A stretch of DNA of 64,000 nucleotides from Pirellulales bacterium (GCA_963829655.1 CAWHJG010000002.1:5616917-5680916), one strand, 5' to 3'; positions 27,257 to 36,099 are shown, numbered from the stretch's first letter. The notes: generated by a model not told the origin, from the sequence alone. Translations and numbers: made by a program.

Positions 27257-27700
27257 TCATCCCTCACCCATAGCCGTTCGCCTTTCCAACGCCTCTAACT
27301 TAGCCCCATCAAGTAGGTGAACGTTCTCACCAAAGTGCTCTTGTCGAAAGTGATGCAGAATCCGCTTTTCGGCTTGGTAGGTTATCTTTCCATCTGTCAC
27401 GACGTACACGGCCGAAACCCTCTTCTCTTGGCCGCGATACCAGATTGGAACATCAAAGCACGTTGTAGTCTGCCGAATCAACTCTTCAGTATCGGCACCA
27501 ACACCAATGTCGCCTAGCTTCGCTTGGACGGCATAGAATCGAAAATTGTCGAAGCGGTCTTGGTCGGCAAAGTAAAAGTCTTTCCCTTGCTCATTCGGCC
27601 CGTGAGTGTGGGGGACCAGGATGTAGCCCAACTTACTCAAAAATGGCCGAATCCATTCTTTTCGGAACTGGGCCTCATCAGTAAATTTGGGCAGTGGCAT
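27257..27700 (-). CDS. Restriction endonuclease-like (Mrr_cat / PD-(D/E)xK) protein
   Basis: 147 aa. FRKEWIRPFLSKLGYILV...EQGKDFYFAD...FYAVQAKLGD matches the Mrr-type GxD...(V)Q(A/C)K core. This is a single-domain protein. Confidence 0.6.
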   Translation of the reverse strand: MPLPKFTDEAQFRKEWIRPFLSKLGYILVPHTHGPNEQGKDFYFADQDRFDNFRFYAVQAKLGDIGVGADTEELIRQTTTCFDVPIWYRGQEKRVSAVYVVTDGKITYQAEKRILHHFRQEHFGENVHLLDGAKLEALERRTAMGEG

Positions 27701-27753
27701 GGCGTGTGAACCTGCGGCCGCGACGGTGGTCTTGGTTTGGAAAGGGGAATTCT

Positions 27754-28371
27754 ATGTCATTCGAAGGCAAGCCGATATCGGCAGTGATCGATTACATCGT
27801 GTGGCGGAATCATCGGCTGTGGCAGGAATGGAATCACATCTGGGGATGGGGACCGGCCGAAGCGGCACAACTCATCGAAGATGCCCGTCTCGACTGGATA
27901 GCTTCCCTTTCTCACACTCTGCGGCTGTGGGTGGAAGAAGACATTCCCGACGACGAGCGGGATGGCCGCCTCATCCTGGGGTGGGCCAATCTGGGCAGCT
28001 TGGTGGAAGGCAGCATGAAGTTCCTTTTGTCGATCTATGCCGTCACCTACCAACAAACCGTTAGTGACAAACGGGGAGAATCGATTTACAAGCGGCTGTG
28101 GGATGAGAAGGCCAACACGGCAAAGGGGCCGGACACCCTAATGTTCGATATGCTCCGCGAATTCTTTCGGGCCAATGTGTGGACTCCCGACCAAGTAGAA
28201 AAATGGGATAAGTGGCTCATCTACATTCGGGATTGTCGGAACGCAATTCACGCCTATCGGAGCCGACCACTTGGAACTGTCGCCGACCTAGAAGATGCCA
28301 TTCGGGCATATGAAGATTTTCTAGACGATATCGCGGGAAGATTGCCTGACCGACCACAATACGAAGGGTAG
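27754..28371 (+). CDS. Hypothetical helical protein
   Basis: I prefer the ATG at 27754 (GGGGA sits 8 nt upstream), because the listed start at 27694 overlaps the divergent gene. All-helical, Trp-rich, and contains IRDCRNAIHAY. Confidence 0.5.
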   Translation: MSFEGKPISAVIDYIVWRNHRLWQEWNHIWGWGPAEAAQLIEDARLDWIASLSHTLRLWVEEDIPDDERDGRLILGWANLGSLVEGSMKFLLSIYAVTYQQTVSDKRGESIYKRLWDEKANTAKGPDTLMFDMLREFFRANVWTPDQVEKWDKWLIYIRDCRNAIHAYRSRPLGTVADLEDAIRAYEDFLDDIAGRLPDRPQYEG

Positions 28372-28447
28372 CAGTGTCACGGCGCGACACTCTGTATCAT
28401 TGCGGTGATACTCACCCAGTCGCGGTGTGACAGCTAATGTATCCAGA

Positions 28448-28708
28448 TTATTCAATTCGCCACTCTCTACCACCGTCCATATCAGCACGAACCATTCCCC
28501 TTGATAATTGCTCCGCAATTGTTTCCATTTCTTGCTTCACGATCAGATTAGGTGGATTAGTTCGATAGCGAAACGGAATACGGTTGACTTGCTTATCCAC
28601 AGGGATATTTGAGCTACCGTCCGCGTTCTGAATAACGAGTCCTTGGAAGTCGATATAGCCAAGAATCTCGGCCACTGCCTCACTCTCACGTATTATCACC
28701 ACTTTCAT
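28448..28708 (-). CDS. Small hypothetical protein translationally coupled to the AlbA_2 gene
   Basis: 86 aa. Its start overlaps the upstream stop by 4 nt (ATGA at 28705-28708). Confidence 0.5.
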   Translation of the reverse strand: MKVVIIRESEAVAEILGYIDFQGLVIQNADGSSNIPVDKQVNRIPFRYRTNPPNLIVKQEMETIAEQLSRGMVRADMDGGREWRIE

Positions 28709-29892
28709 AACTCGACCTCATTAGCTACCACTCTGCCATCGTCCAGATAATACGGACAGCGTTCATACCCCGCCGATTGCCAAAGCATATCGAATATCGG
28801 CCGTACCAAGGTTTTGGTCGGTGTCCGATAGTCGTCAATTAATACTTCGGGTAGGTCCAGACGGCTTCGGTCAATTATGAAGCTTGGATCAAAGTTACGA
28901 GTGGGCATTGGGGCACCTTCTGCATTCAGAATGGTGACAAACATCCAAATACGTGATTCGACTCCAGCCTTAGAAAGGCCGTCCAGATAAAACCTCAACT
29001 GTTTCACCATGTACTGGATGAAGTATTGCGGGCTTACAAATTTGATTCCGTCCTCACGCACACCACCGAAGTCTCCCGACACTGCTTCGATAACACCGTT
29101 TCTATAGAGTTGAAGGTAAGTCCGCTGCGGGCGAGTCCCATCACCTGAAAAGGTCAAGAGACCATCAAGATTCAGTCTCCAATTGCACCCCCTTGCACCA
29201 AGTGGAATCAAGAATCGCGGCAATTCGGGGTCGGCAATGTTAATTTGCGTCCGAGTTGTGAATGATTGAAGTGGAATAAGGTGAAGAGCAAACACGTAGT
29301 GGTTCTCCAGCTTGACCGGCGTGTGTCCACTTTGAATCACCGCAATCCGTCCGCTTACGAATGCTCTAATCTTCTCTTCAATGGCACCCGCGAAGGTGAA
29401 CTGTCGCCGTAGCTCGTCGGTGTCCATCGTTAACCTTTGCCTGTCGTGCCGAAACCAAAAGTCCCCGTTTTGACCACGGAAGACTACGCGATGAGGCTTC
29501 AAGTAACTTTCGGGTACACGCAGCACCAAGCATGCTTTTCCGTCGCCGGTATCGATGGGGTCAGAGAATTCGAATTGGGTCTTCGGCTCTAGCCCGTGGT
29601 GAAGTACCTCCGTCATGCGTCGAATCTCGTCATCAAACTTGGCCTTGTCCAAGCCCGCGATGGGGCTTTGCGGGATGCCGTCCGCCTCCGCGATCCCGAA
29701 CACAATGTCGCCACCGGCCGTGTTCGCGAATGCCGTCACATCCTTCAGCAGTTCCTTTTTGTCGGCGTCGGCCCCGCCGTACCAGTCGGCCTTGTAGTCC
29801 AGGGTTTTGCTTTCAACCACCTGGCCCTTGACCAGCGATTCCAGCTCGGCGGCGGTGATAGAACCAAGGGGCTTGTCGATCATGGCCCACAC
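28705..29892 (-). CDS. Schlafen-type AlbA_2 (divergent AAA_4) DNA-binding domain protein
   Basis: VESKTLDYKADWYG...KELLKDVTAFANTAGGDIVFGIAEADG is the AlbA_2 signature. The ~230-aa C-terminal region is of unknown family. Confidence 0.7.
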   Translation of the reverse strand: MWAMIDKPLGSITAAELESLVKGQVVESKTLDYKADWYGGADADKKELLKDVTAFANTAGGDIVFGIAEADGIPQSPIAGLDKAKFDDEIRRMTEVLHHGLEPKTQFEFSDPIDTGDGKACLVLRVPESYLKPHRVVFRGQNGDFWFRHDRQRLTMDTDELRRQFTFAGAIEEKIRAFVSGRIAVIQSGHTPVKLENHYVFALHLIPLQSFTTRTQINIADPELPRFLIPLGARGCNWRLNLDGLLTFSGDGTRPQRTYLQLYRNGVIEAVSGDFGGVREDGIKFVSPQYFIQYMVKQLRFYLDGLSKAGVESRIWMFVTILNAEGAPMPTRNFDPSFIIDRSRLDLPEVLIDDYRTPTKTLVRPIFDMLWQSAGYERCPYYLDDGRVVANEVEL

Positions 29893-29972
29893 TTGCTAGC
29901 TGAACGACAGTGCGGTAGAATGTGGAGTGCCCCATTCTATGGCAGGGGCGTTATATCAACCAGGAGTCTTGC

Positions 29973-30164
29973 ATGTCACAGGATGATGTTCCTCACCGGG
30001 TGTCCATTAGCGAGGTGATCCGCGAAGTAAAGGAGCCTGCTCCCGGAACAGCTCATTTCCAGGAATCCCAAGACAACCAGCAAACTATACGCAATGCACA
30101 AATTGCGAAAGAGATCGTGGCTCAGATACGGCAGTCCAGTGAAAGTCAACAGAAGTCGAGCTAA
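29973..30164 (+). CDS. Short ORF s1 (63 aa), member of a tandem trio
   Basis: AGGAG lies 5 nt upstream of the ATG. The C-terminal motif is DNQQTIRNAQIAKEIVAQIRQ. The listed ORF 29922..30164 has an earlier, less likely start. Confidence 0.5.
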   Translation: MSQDDVPHRVSISEVIREVKEPAPGTAHFQESQDNQQTIRNAQIAKEIVAQIRQSSESQQKSS

Positions 30165-30168
30165 AGAA

Positions 30169-30273
30169 ATGGCCGAAAGCAGGCAAATACCCAAGGGCGG
30201 CTCCAACAACGTTCCTTTTCCACGTTCCCAAGGCAATCTACAGACGTTGAACAACGCTCAAGCGGCCCAATAA
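30169..30273 (+). CDS. Short ORF s2 (34 aa), not in the ORF track
   Basis: MAESRQIPKGGSNNVPFPRSQGNLQTLNNAQAAQ*. It starts 5 nt after the s1 stop and shares the GN.QT(I/L).NAQ.A motif. Confidence 0.4.
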   Translation: MAESRQIPKGGSNNVPFPRSQGNLQTLNNAQAAQ

Positions 30274-30316
30274 ATCGTGAACCAGACAAAACCACAGAAC
30301 AACACAGGGTCAAAAA

Positions 30317-30457
30317 ATGGCTGACTCGAAATCGACGCGACCGTTGGTCGTCATCCCCAAACCGGGGGAGCAAACTTCTCAAGGTAACAACAACACAATC
30401 AAAAATGCACAAGCCGCCCGCCAAATCGTTAACGAGGTCAAGAACCAGAAAAAGTAG
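30317..30457 (+). CDS. Short ORF s3 (46 aa), not in the ORF track
   Basis: MADSKSTRPLVVIPKPGEQTSQGNNNTIKNAQAARQIVNEVKNQKK*. It shares the motif and ends 3 nt before the next gene. Confidence 0.45.
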   Translation: MADSKSTRPLVVIPKPGEQTSQGNNNTIKNAQAARQIVNEVKNQKK

Positions 30458-30460
30458 GCA

Positions 30461-30931
30461 ATGACTTGTATGGAGGCAGCGGCTTGGGTACAGGCTTGGG
30501 CAACAGTCGCGGCAGTTTTGGTCGCGGTCGTCGGTGTGTGGGTTGCCTACACTCAGTTGAAGCAACTCAACCAAGCGGCTCGCATGAGCCATCTAATGGC
30601 AGTGCTTCAGATTGAAGCCGAACTGAATTCCCGGCAGGAGAAGCTTGACGAAATCTCGTTGTTGATTCAGCAAGAGGACGTTAAGGAAGCAAAGGATTTG
30701 GCCCTGATCGGTGTTTGGGGGGACTATTTAGAGAGTCGCAAAGAGCGGCTTCTCAATGCTGCCGACCGGCTTTGTTTCTGTATTAAGAATGGATATCTTC
30801 CCGACAAGGATTGGCGAGTCGAGTATCGCGAATTCGTTCTCAATCTGGTTCGGGCATATCCTGAACGATTCGGTGCGGGCAGCATCTACAACAATATTAT
30901 TGACGTTAACAATCTGTGGCAACGAACCTGA
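30461..30931 (+). CDS. Hypothetical single-pass membrane protein
   Basis: 156 aa. N-terminal TM WATVAAVLVAVVGVWVAY followed by a helical domain. It follows s3 directly. Confidence 0.55.
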   Translation: MTCMEAAAWVQAWATVAAVLVAVVGVWVAYTQLKQLNQAARMSHLMAVLQIEAELNSRQEKLDEISLLIQQEDVKEAKDLALIGVWGDYLESRKERLLNAADRLCFCIKNGYLPDKDWRVEYREFVLNLVRAYPERFGAGSIYNNIIDVNNLWQRT

Positions 30932-30945
30932 AGGAGTAAGGCAGA

Positions 30946-31302
30946 ATGGCATACCGGCTTACTGAACGACGTTTGGACGCAGCCCGTGATATTCTGGACA
31001 AATATGCGGAGCAACTTCGCCGATCCAAGCGGATAGATTCGATGGGTTTGGAGCACGAGTTGCGGGAGACCTGGGATCTCGGTTATCGAGAATTGAAGGA
31101 CATTATGTCCGACCTTCTCAAAACAGACGAGTACAAGTACATTGCCGCTTACTACATGCAGCACCAGAATCCTATGGGACCAGTGTCCGAGTTTAAGGCA
31201 GATTTGGCCGCCTTGTACGGTCTAAACTGGTACGACTCACCAGAAAGACAAAAGAAACAGGCAGCCTTCTGGAAACGGTACTTTGAGCAAGGCGTGGCTT
31301 AA
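30946..31302 (+). CDS. Hypothetical protein
   Basis: 118 aa. GGAG/AAGG lies upstream. It is the last gene of the plus-strand cluster. Confidence 0.5.
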   Translation: MAYRLTERRLDAARDILDKYAEQLRRSKRIDSMGLEHELRETWDLGYRELKDIMSDLLKTDEYKYIAAYYMQHQNPMGPVSEFKADLAALYGLNWYDSPERQKKQAAFWKRYFEQGVA

Positions 31303-31517
31303 AACCACCACGGCCCTAGATCATAGTCAACGCGGCGAATCGGCACCCGGCGATACCGAAAGTATCCATGGAGTAGACCGATTGCCATGCACAAGAGGAT
31401 TACAGTCTTATGACTGGATTATATCCATTTTCCGCCGAACCAGTAACAGTGTGGCGCCTCGCGACGCCACTGTATCAGAGAATGACGAAGGTACGTCTTA
31501 TCGCCGTTTTTTTCACA

Positions 31518-31940
31518 TCAATCGCTAAAGAAGACGGATGTGGGGCCGATGATTCCCACCGAATCATAATTTCGCATGGTCTGCCCGGGCTTCCATCCCG
31601 CGTCTAATAAAGCCCACCGTCGAAAATTGGCAAGCCCACATTCTGGCTTGGTCCAATCTTCCGTAACAATCTTCCGTTTGTGCTTTGCGTAGGCTAATGC
31701 AATCTTGTGAAGTGTCGCCAGCAATTCGTCTATCGTCTTGCTGGTTTCATCCTCTTCCCCGTCTAAGTGGGCCGCCACTGCCTCAATCCACTTGTCCGTA
31801 TTTTCAGGGGCCGGCGTGGTAGAGGGGAGTTGGCGACTCGTGTCGTCTACCACACCTTGCCCCTTGTTAATTGTCTTGGCGATAGCCGCGATATAGTCAG
31901 TCATGGTCGATTGTCCCCCGCTTGCGACGGCATACGGCAT
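31518..31940 (-). CDS. Hypothetical protein
   Basis: 140 aa (or 128 aa from MTDYIAAI). It is the last gene of a four-gene run on the minus strand. Confidence 0.45.
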   Translation of the reverse strand: MPYAVASGGQSTMTDYIAAIAKTINKGQGVVDDTSRQLPSTTPAPENTDKWIEAVAAHLDGEEDETSKTIDELLATLHKIALAYAKHKRKIVTEDWTKPECGLANFRRWALLDAGWKPGQTMRNYDSVGIIGPTSVFFSD

Positions 31941-32074
31941 AGTGGATTACCAGCTCACGCTTCGAGCACTTCAAGGCTTTTGCCGCCTCGCGTTAGGCAC
32001 GACCCGCGGCTCCTAGATGAGAGGCACGCCGTTACCCGCTGTGTGCCCACTACCTATCGCGGAATGTAGGCGAT

Positions 32075-32473
32075 TCATACCTGGTCAGTCATTCGTTGCA
32101 CTATGTCTGCAGCCAGCCGCTCGGCTGTTGCCTTGTCGATACCCTGTTGCACCATGGTCGCTGCAGCGTCCTTCCGTAATGTCTCAACGTCAACAGGCCT
32201 GGAAACAGTGCCGTCAGCTCCAGTCAATGCCGTGCGAGCTGTGCGTGCGGTTGCCGCGTTATCAATCCGCCTAAATTGGTCGTACAAGACCGAGCTTATC
32301 AGTCCGCAAGCGATGGGTAGTGCAATCTGCATCGCCATGAAGGCGATAACTTCTAGCCCAGTCAGCTTCAGATCATCGCGAGCCGATGGAGCCAAACCGG
32401 CCACGCGAAGCTGTTCGGCCACATACGCCTCATCCGACGCTAATCGTTTTGAATCGTACGTAGGTGACGACAT
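32075..32473 (-). CDS. Hypothetical protein with a central TM segment
   Basis: 132 aa. The hydrophobic stretch is LEVIAFMAMQIALPIACGLISSVL. Confidence 0.45.
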   Translation of the reverse strand: MSSPTYDSKRLASDEAYVAEQLRVAGLAPSARDDLKLTGLEVIAFMAMQIALPIACGLISSVLYDQFRRIDNAATARTARTALTGADGTVSRPVDVETLRKDAAATMVQQGIDKATAERLAADIVQRMTDQV

Positions 32474-32503
32474 GAGTAACCTCCTATATGGCTTTATGGA
32501 CTG

Positions 32504-33964
32504 TCAGAAACCTTTAAATCCCCAGCTAGACAATACAGGCCGCACATCACACTTTTCCAACGGAAACTCATCAGAGGTTCGGATTCCACCTAAGCATGTC
32601 GGCGTGGCAGCCTCGCAGATTCCGAGCTGTCCCTGCGGACAGATGAAGCGACCGGTATAATGAAAATACTGTAACAGGTCGTAGTACATGCAGTGCCTTG
32701 CTACCGCATACACGAACTCCCTTTGACTCTGAGGGTCAACGAAGGACCCCGAATAGAAAAGGTCGAATCCCTTTTCCGGTCTGATGTAGAGGATGGGGAT
32801 ATCTCGACCGATAAAGTGCCAAGGTGCCTTATATGTGACGCTCTCATCGTCCAGCTTGAGTTGTGCCGCATCGCGTCGCAAGCGAAGGCATAAATCGTCA
32901 TCCTCTTTTATTAGCTGATCAAATACCCGCACCCAATCTTCGTAAATCTCGCGTGAGTGGGCGTAAGGGTACTCGCATGCGGCAACCAGTAGTCGCTCGC
33001 AGGAGCCGTATTCCTTCGAAGCGAGGCTGCTAAGAAAGGAAGACAAGTCGCTTCCCCGTAACAATTGGAAAGTCCGGACGAGCCTGAAAAGCCGAAGGCC
33101 CGGTTCGTAGTCGGAACGTTTTTCTTTCCTAACCTGAAGGAACTCTCTCGACGGATGTGCACAAGCCACGTCAATGAAGAAGATCGCGAACGTGCAAACC
33201 ATCCGAAAAAAATCGGGCACGCTTAAGCGGCTGTCCGAGCGATCATTCTCCCAGTCCATCCAATGGCTAACAACTTCGGCAATTGTCGTGAAGGTGTGTG
33301 CATATTCCAAAGGCATGCTATGCACCATGTACATGGATACGCTGTTACTCGCTATGGCTGCCTGTTCCTCTGACATTCGGGCGGTGAGCATAAAATGCAG
33401 GACCAAAGCAACCGCTTCGCACTCAAGCAGGGCATCAACCGTGTATGATTGCTCAATCCCCTTTTCAACAGGCACGCCGCCCGAACGAGCAATGTCGGCT
33501 GCCAGCCTCATTCGACGATCGTCGGGCAGGTCCGATGGAGGCAGGAATAACAGGTTATTGACGTATTCAGCTAAAGCAGCCTTTGTATCCTCAGTCTCGC
33601 GGGCACCGGGAATGTTGCCGAGGTAGGACTCACGAACGGCGTGTAGGAGCAAGGGGTGCTGATGTTCGCGGCGAACGCAATGGTCCCAATGACCGACACC
33701 CGTCAACAGGTCTTGAAAGTAATGGACGACTTCGTGTAAGAGACAAATCTGGCCGCGGAACTCCAAGTCTGATTGCCACGTGGCTTGGTAGCGTACTAGG
33801 CCAGCCATGAAGTCCCCAAACCGTTGCCGCATTGGAGCTGCGACTGGGGCGAATTCCGACACAAGTCGGCCCCATTTGTATCGGCCGTACGTTCCATCTG
33901 GGAGCTCGAATGAGAGATCCATTTGACTGGCTCGATTGGCAAGGCATTGCGGGGAAATCGTCAT
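32504..33964 (-). CDS. Hypothetical protein with an HExxH motif (putative zincin) and a Cys-rich C-terminus
   Basis: 486 aa. It contains ICLLHEVVHYFQDLL (the HExxHxxQ pattern is reminiscent of DUF4157-type zincins). The C-terminus has CPQGQLGICEAATPTC...EKC. I recognise no other family signature. Confidence 0.55.
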   Translation of the reverse strand: MTISPQCLANRASQMDLSFELPDGTYGRYKWGRLVSEFAPVAAPMRQRFGDFMAGLVRYQATWQSDLEFRGQICLLHEVVHYFQDLLTGVGHWDHCVRREHQHPLLLHAVRESYLGNIPGARETEDTKAALAEYVNNLLFLPPSDLPDDRRMRLAADIARSGGVPVEKGIEQSYTVDALLECEAVALVLHFMLTARMSEEQAAIASNSVSMYMVHSMPLEYAHTFTTIAEVVSHWMDWENDRSDSRLSVPDFFRMVCTFAIFFIDVACAHPSREFLQVRKEKRSDYEPGLRLFRLVRTFQLLRGSDLSSFLSSLASKEYGSCERLLVAACEYPYAHSREIYEDWVRVFDQLIKEDDDLCLRLRRDAAQLKLDDESVTYKAPWHFIGRDIPILYIRPEKGFDLFYSGSFVDPQSQREFVYAVARHCMYYDLLQYFHYTGRFICPQGQLGICEAATPTCLGGIRTSDEFPLEKCDVRPVLSSWGFKGF

Positions 33965-34067
33965 ACCGCACTGGAGAATCCGCTGCCGACTCCAGTGACG
34001 ATGCCGCCCGCTGCGTCATGTTGCCGATAAAGAAGTGAGCGGCCCGTTTGTCGCTCGATCGCGTTGT

Positions 34068-34388
34068 TCACCCGATTCTATCCGATCCGTCGCCCCACGC
34101 TAGTCGTCGCCCATGTCGGAATGGGCAGGCGTTATAATCCACAGGATTACTGGCTGAATCGCGGTCCTTAAGTTTGGTGGGGCGCGGGGAAACCAACCCG
34201 GCATCGCCGTAGTAATCGAGTTTGCCGGTTAAAGGGCACATAGAAGGGCAACCCGCGGTTTCGTGTTCGCACATCACAATGCTCCTAGTGACCGCCTTCC
34301 CATCGACATTGCGGAGCACGCTCTGGGATCTTGGCATTGCAGTTCTACCTGCTGCGCGAGTCTTCAGCGCATTCCGAAGCGTCGGCAA
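34068..34388 (-). CDS. Possible small Cys-rich protein
   Basis: An ORF upstream of 32504..33964. An internal start at MCEHETAGCPSMCPL is plausible. The coding evidence is weak. Confidence 0.3.
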   Translation of the reverse strand: MPTLRNALKTRAAGRTAMPRSQSVLRNVDGKAVTRSIVMCEHETAGCPSMCPLTGKLDYYGDAGLVSPRPTKLKDRDSASNPVDYNACPFRHGRRLAWGDGSDRIG

Positions 34389-35060
34389 TTAGCAGCCAGT
34401 CATTTCCAACTGCGCTGCACGATTCCTTCCCGGTTGATCTCTCAAACCGAGAGCGCAAGGGCGTCGGCGCGATCGTCGCAAACCGTTGCGTCAACGGCCC
34501 AAAACGCCAAACGCCCGGCGGTCGATATCTTGAGGCCGGGCGTTAACTGGTGGGCCGCGTCTGTACGAAGAAAATCAGAAAGCTCACCGAAAGGAACCCT
34601 CATCGTACCAATACTCTCTTTGCGGAATGCCGAAAATGATTGTCGCACAATCAGTTGCGGAGTTCGAGTCGCTTTCGGTCACTGGAAAACTGAAGCTACC
34701 CGTCACGAGACCACTAGCGGCGAGTTAACACAAAAGTCGCCAGCTGCTAACTCCGGAGCATTTTTCTTGTCCCGATAAAAAGTCGACTGGCGGGTTAACA
34801 GTCGCCCCCGAAAACTGGCAGCAATAGACGCGCTAGACGGCGACTTGTCGGAGGACATTCTGGGTGCAAAGATGCACCGCAGCTCTGCGGCAATGCGCCC
34901 AAGTAAGCGCGTCTGCGTGGGATACGGCAGTTCCCGGGCCCCAATCGCAAAAACTGGTATTGTCTTAACAGTGTGTGGGCCTGTTTGCGGTTATCGGCCG
35001 AACCCGGTTATACAAAGGATTAGCAGCGAAAACTAGCGCGGTGAACGCATTCGGCTCGCA

Positions 35061-35640
35061 ATGCGCATTTTGGGCTTCGTGGTCAACGAGCTGATGTTTC
35101 GGCTGCTCGACAAGCTGATCGACGAGGCCAAAACCGCAATCCCCGCTCCGGGCGGCGACCAAGCAGCCGCGCTGGATCCGCTGAAGAAGATCCACGATTT
35201 GCTTATCAGCCATGGATTTGTCTATCCGCCGGTTGGCCTAACCCAGCTCTTAAGCGATGGCATGACGCCGCGTACCGTAGAAGGTCCGGAACTGCAGCGG
35301 ATCCTAAACAATCCACACAATGCTCGCCGCCGCGCTACATTATGGCCCACGCGGCAGACCCCTTTTACTACGTTGATTGCGACACCGCGTCCTTCCTGTA
35401 CTTGGCGATCGCCGACGAATGTCACCTGCCGGTGTACTTGGTCGAGGTGCCGACGCACAATTTTGTACGCTGGTACGTCAGCGCCGTTGATTACGTGAAC
35501 TGGGAGACCATGGACGGCCTCACACGCACGGATGATTACTACAAGGCGGGCTACGCAATTCCCGAGGAGCTCGTCGCCAACGGAGTGTTCCTCTCGAAGA
35601 TGACCAAGCAGGACACGCTCGGCTATTGCCACTTCTGCGT
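35061..35640 (+). pseudogene. Transglutaminase-like (Transglut_core2/SirB1 N-terminal type) gene fragment
   Basis: ...DPFYYVDCDTASFLYLAIADECHLPVYLVEVPTHNFVRW... There is a frame break at ~35335, and the gene is truncated at ~35640-35655 where an unrelated fragment begins. Confidence 0.55.
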
Positions 35641-35649
35641 CGGAGGGAC

Positions 35650-36053
35650 ATGGGAACAGAAAATGTGCTCCTCAAGGAGCTTGAAGAGTGGCCACTGCAT
35701 TCAGTGCTCGTGGCCGCGACAAACCATCAGCGCTGCTCGATCCGGCGGTGCGCCGCCGATTTCACGTCGTGCTCGACTTGCCGCTGCCGGGCGAGCCGGA
35801 GCGGCAACAGATCCTGGAACGCGCCGCGGGACAGTTTGGCGCAGCATTGCCTCAAGGGCTACTTGCCGCGTGCGGCACCGCGCTTGATGGCTGGACTGGC
35901 TCCGACCTCGAAGCGGCGATGCGGGCTGCGGTGCGTAAGCACCTGGTGGGTGCCAACGGAGATCAGTCCCGGACATCAGACGACTTGGTCCAATTCCTCC
36001 CCGATAAGTGGCTTGCCGCCCACCCTGCCGCCCGCCGCACCTGGTCGCGCTAA
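35650..36053 (+). pseudogene. C-terminal fragment of a classic AAA+ ATPase
   Basis: NVLLKELEEWPLHSVLVAATN then (frame break at ~35725) KPSALLDPAVRRRFHVVLDLPLPGEPERQQILERAA...GWTGSDLEAAMRAAV. This covers sensor-1, the arginine finger and the lid only. No Walker A or B is present. Confidence 0.65.
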
Positions 36054-36099
36054 GCGGGCAAAAACGTGCGTTCGTGAAACGGTTACGTTCTTTACCAGG

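Noticed and set aside
27754-28371. I considered a HEPN nuclease assignment for the 205-aa helical ORF, based on IRDCRNAIHAY.
   Set aside because: The RNAIH spacing is Rx3H, not the usual Rx4-6H. Only the more distant Arg gives Rx6H. With no profile search available, the call would be over-interpretation.
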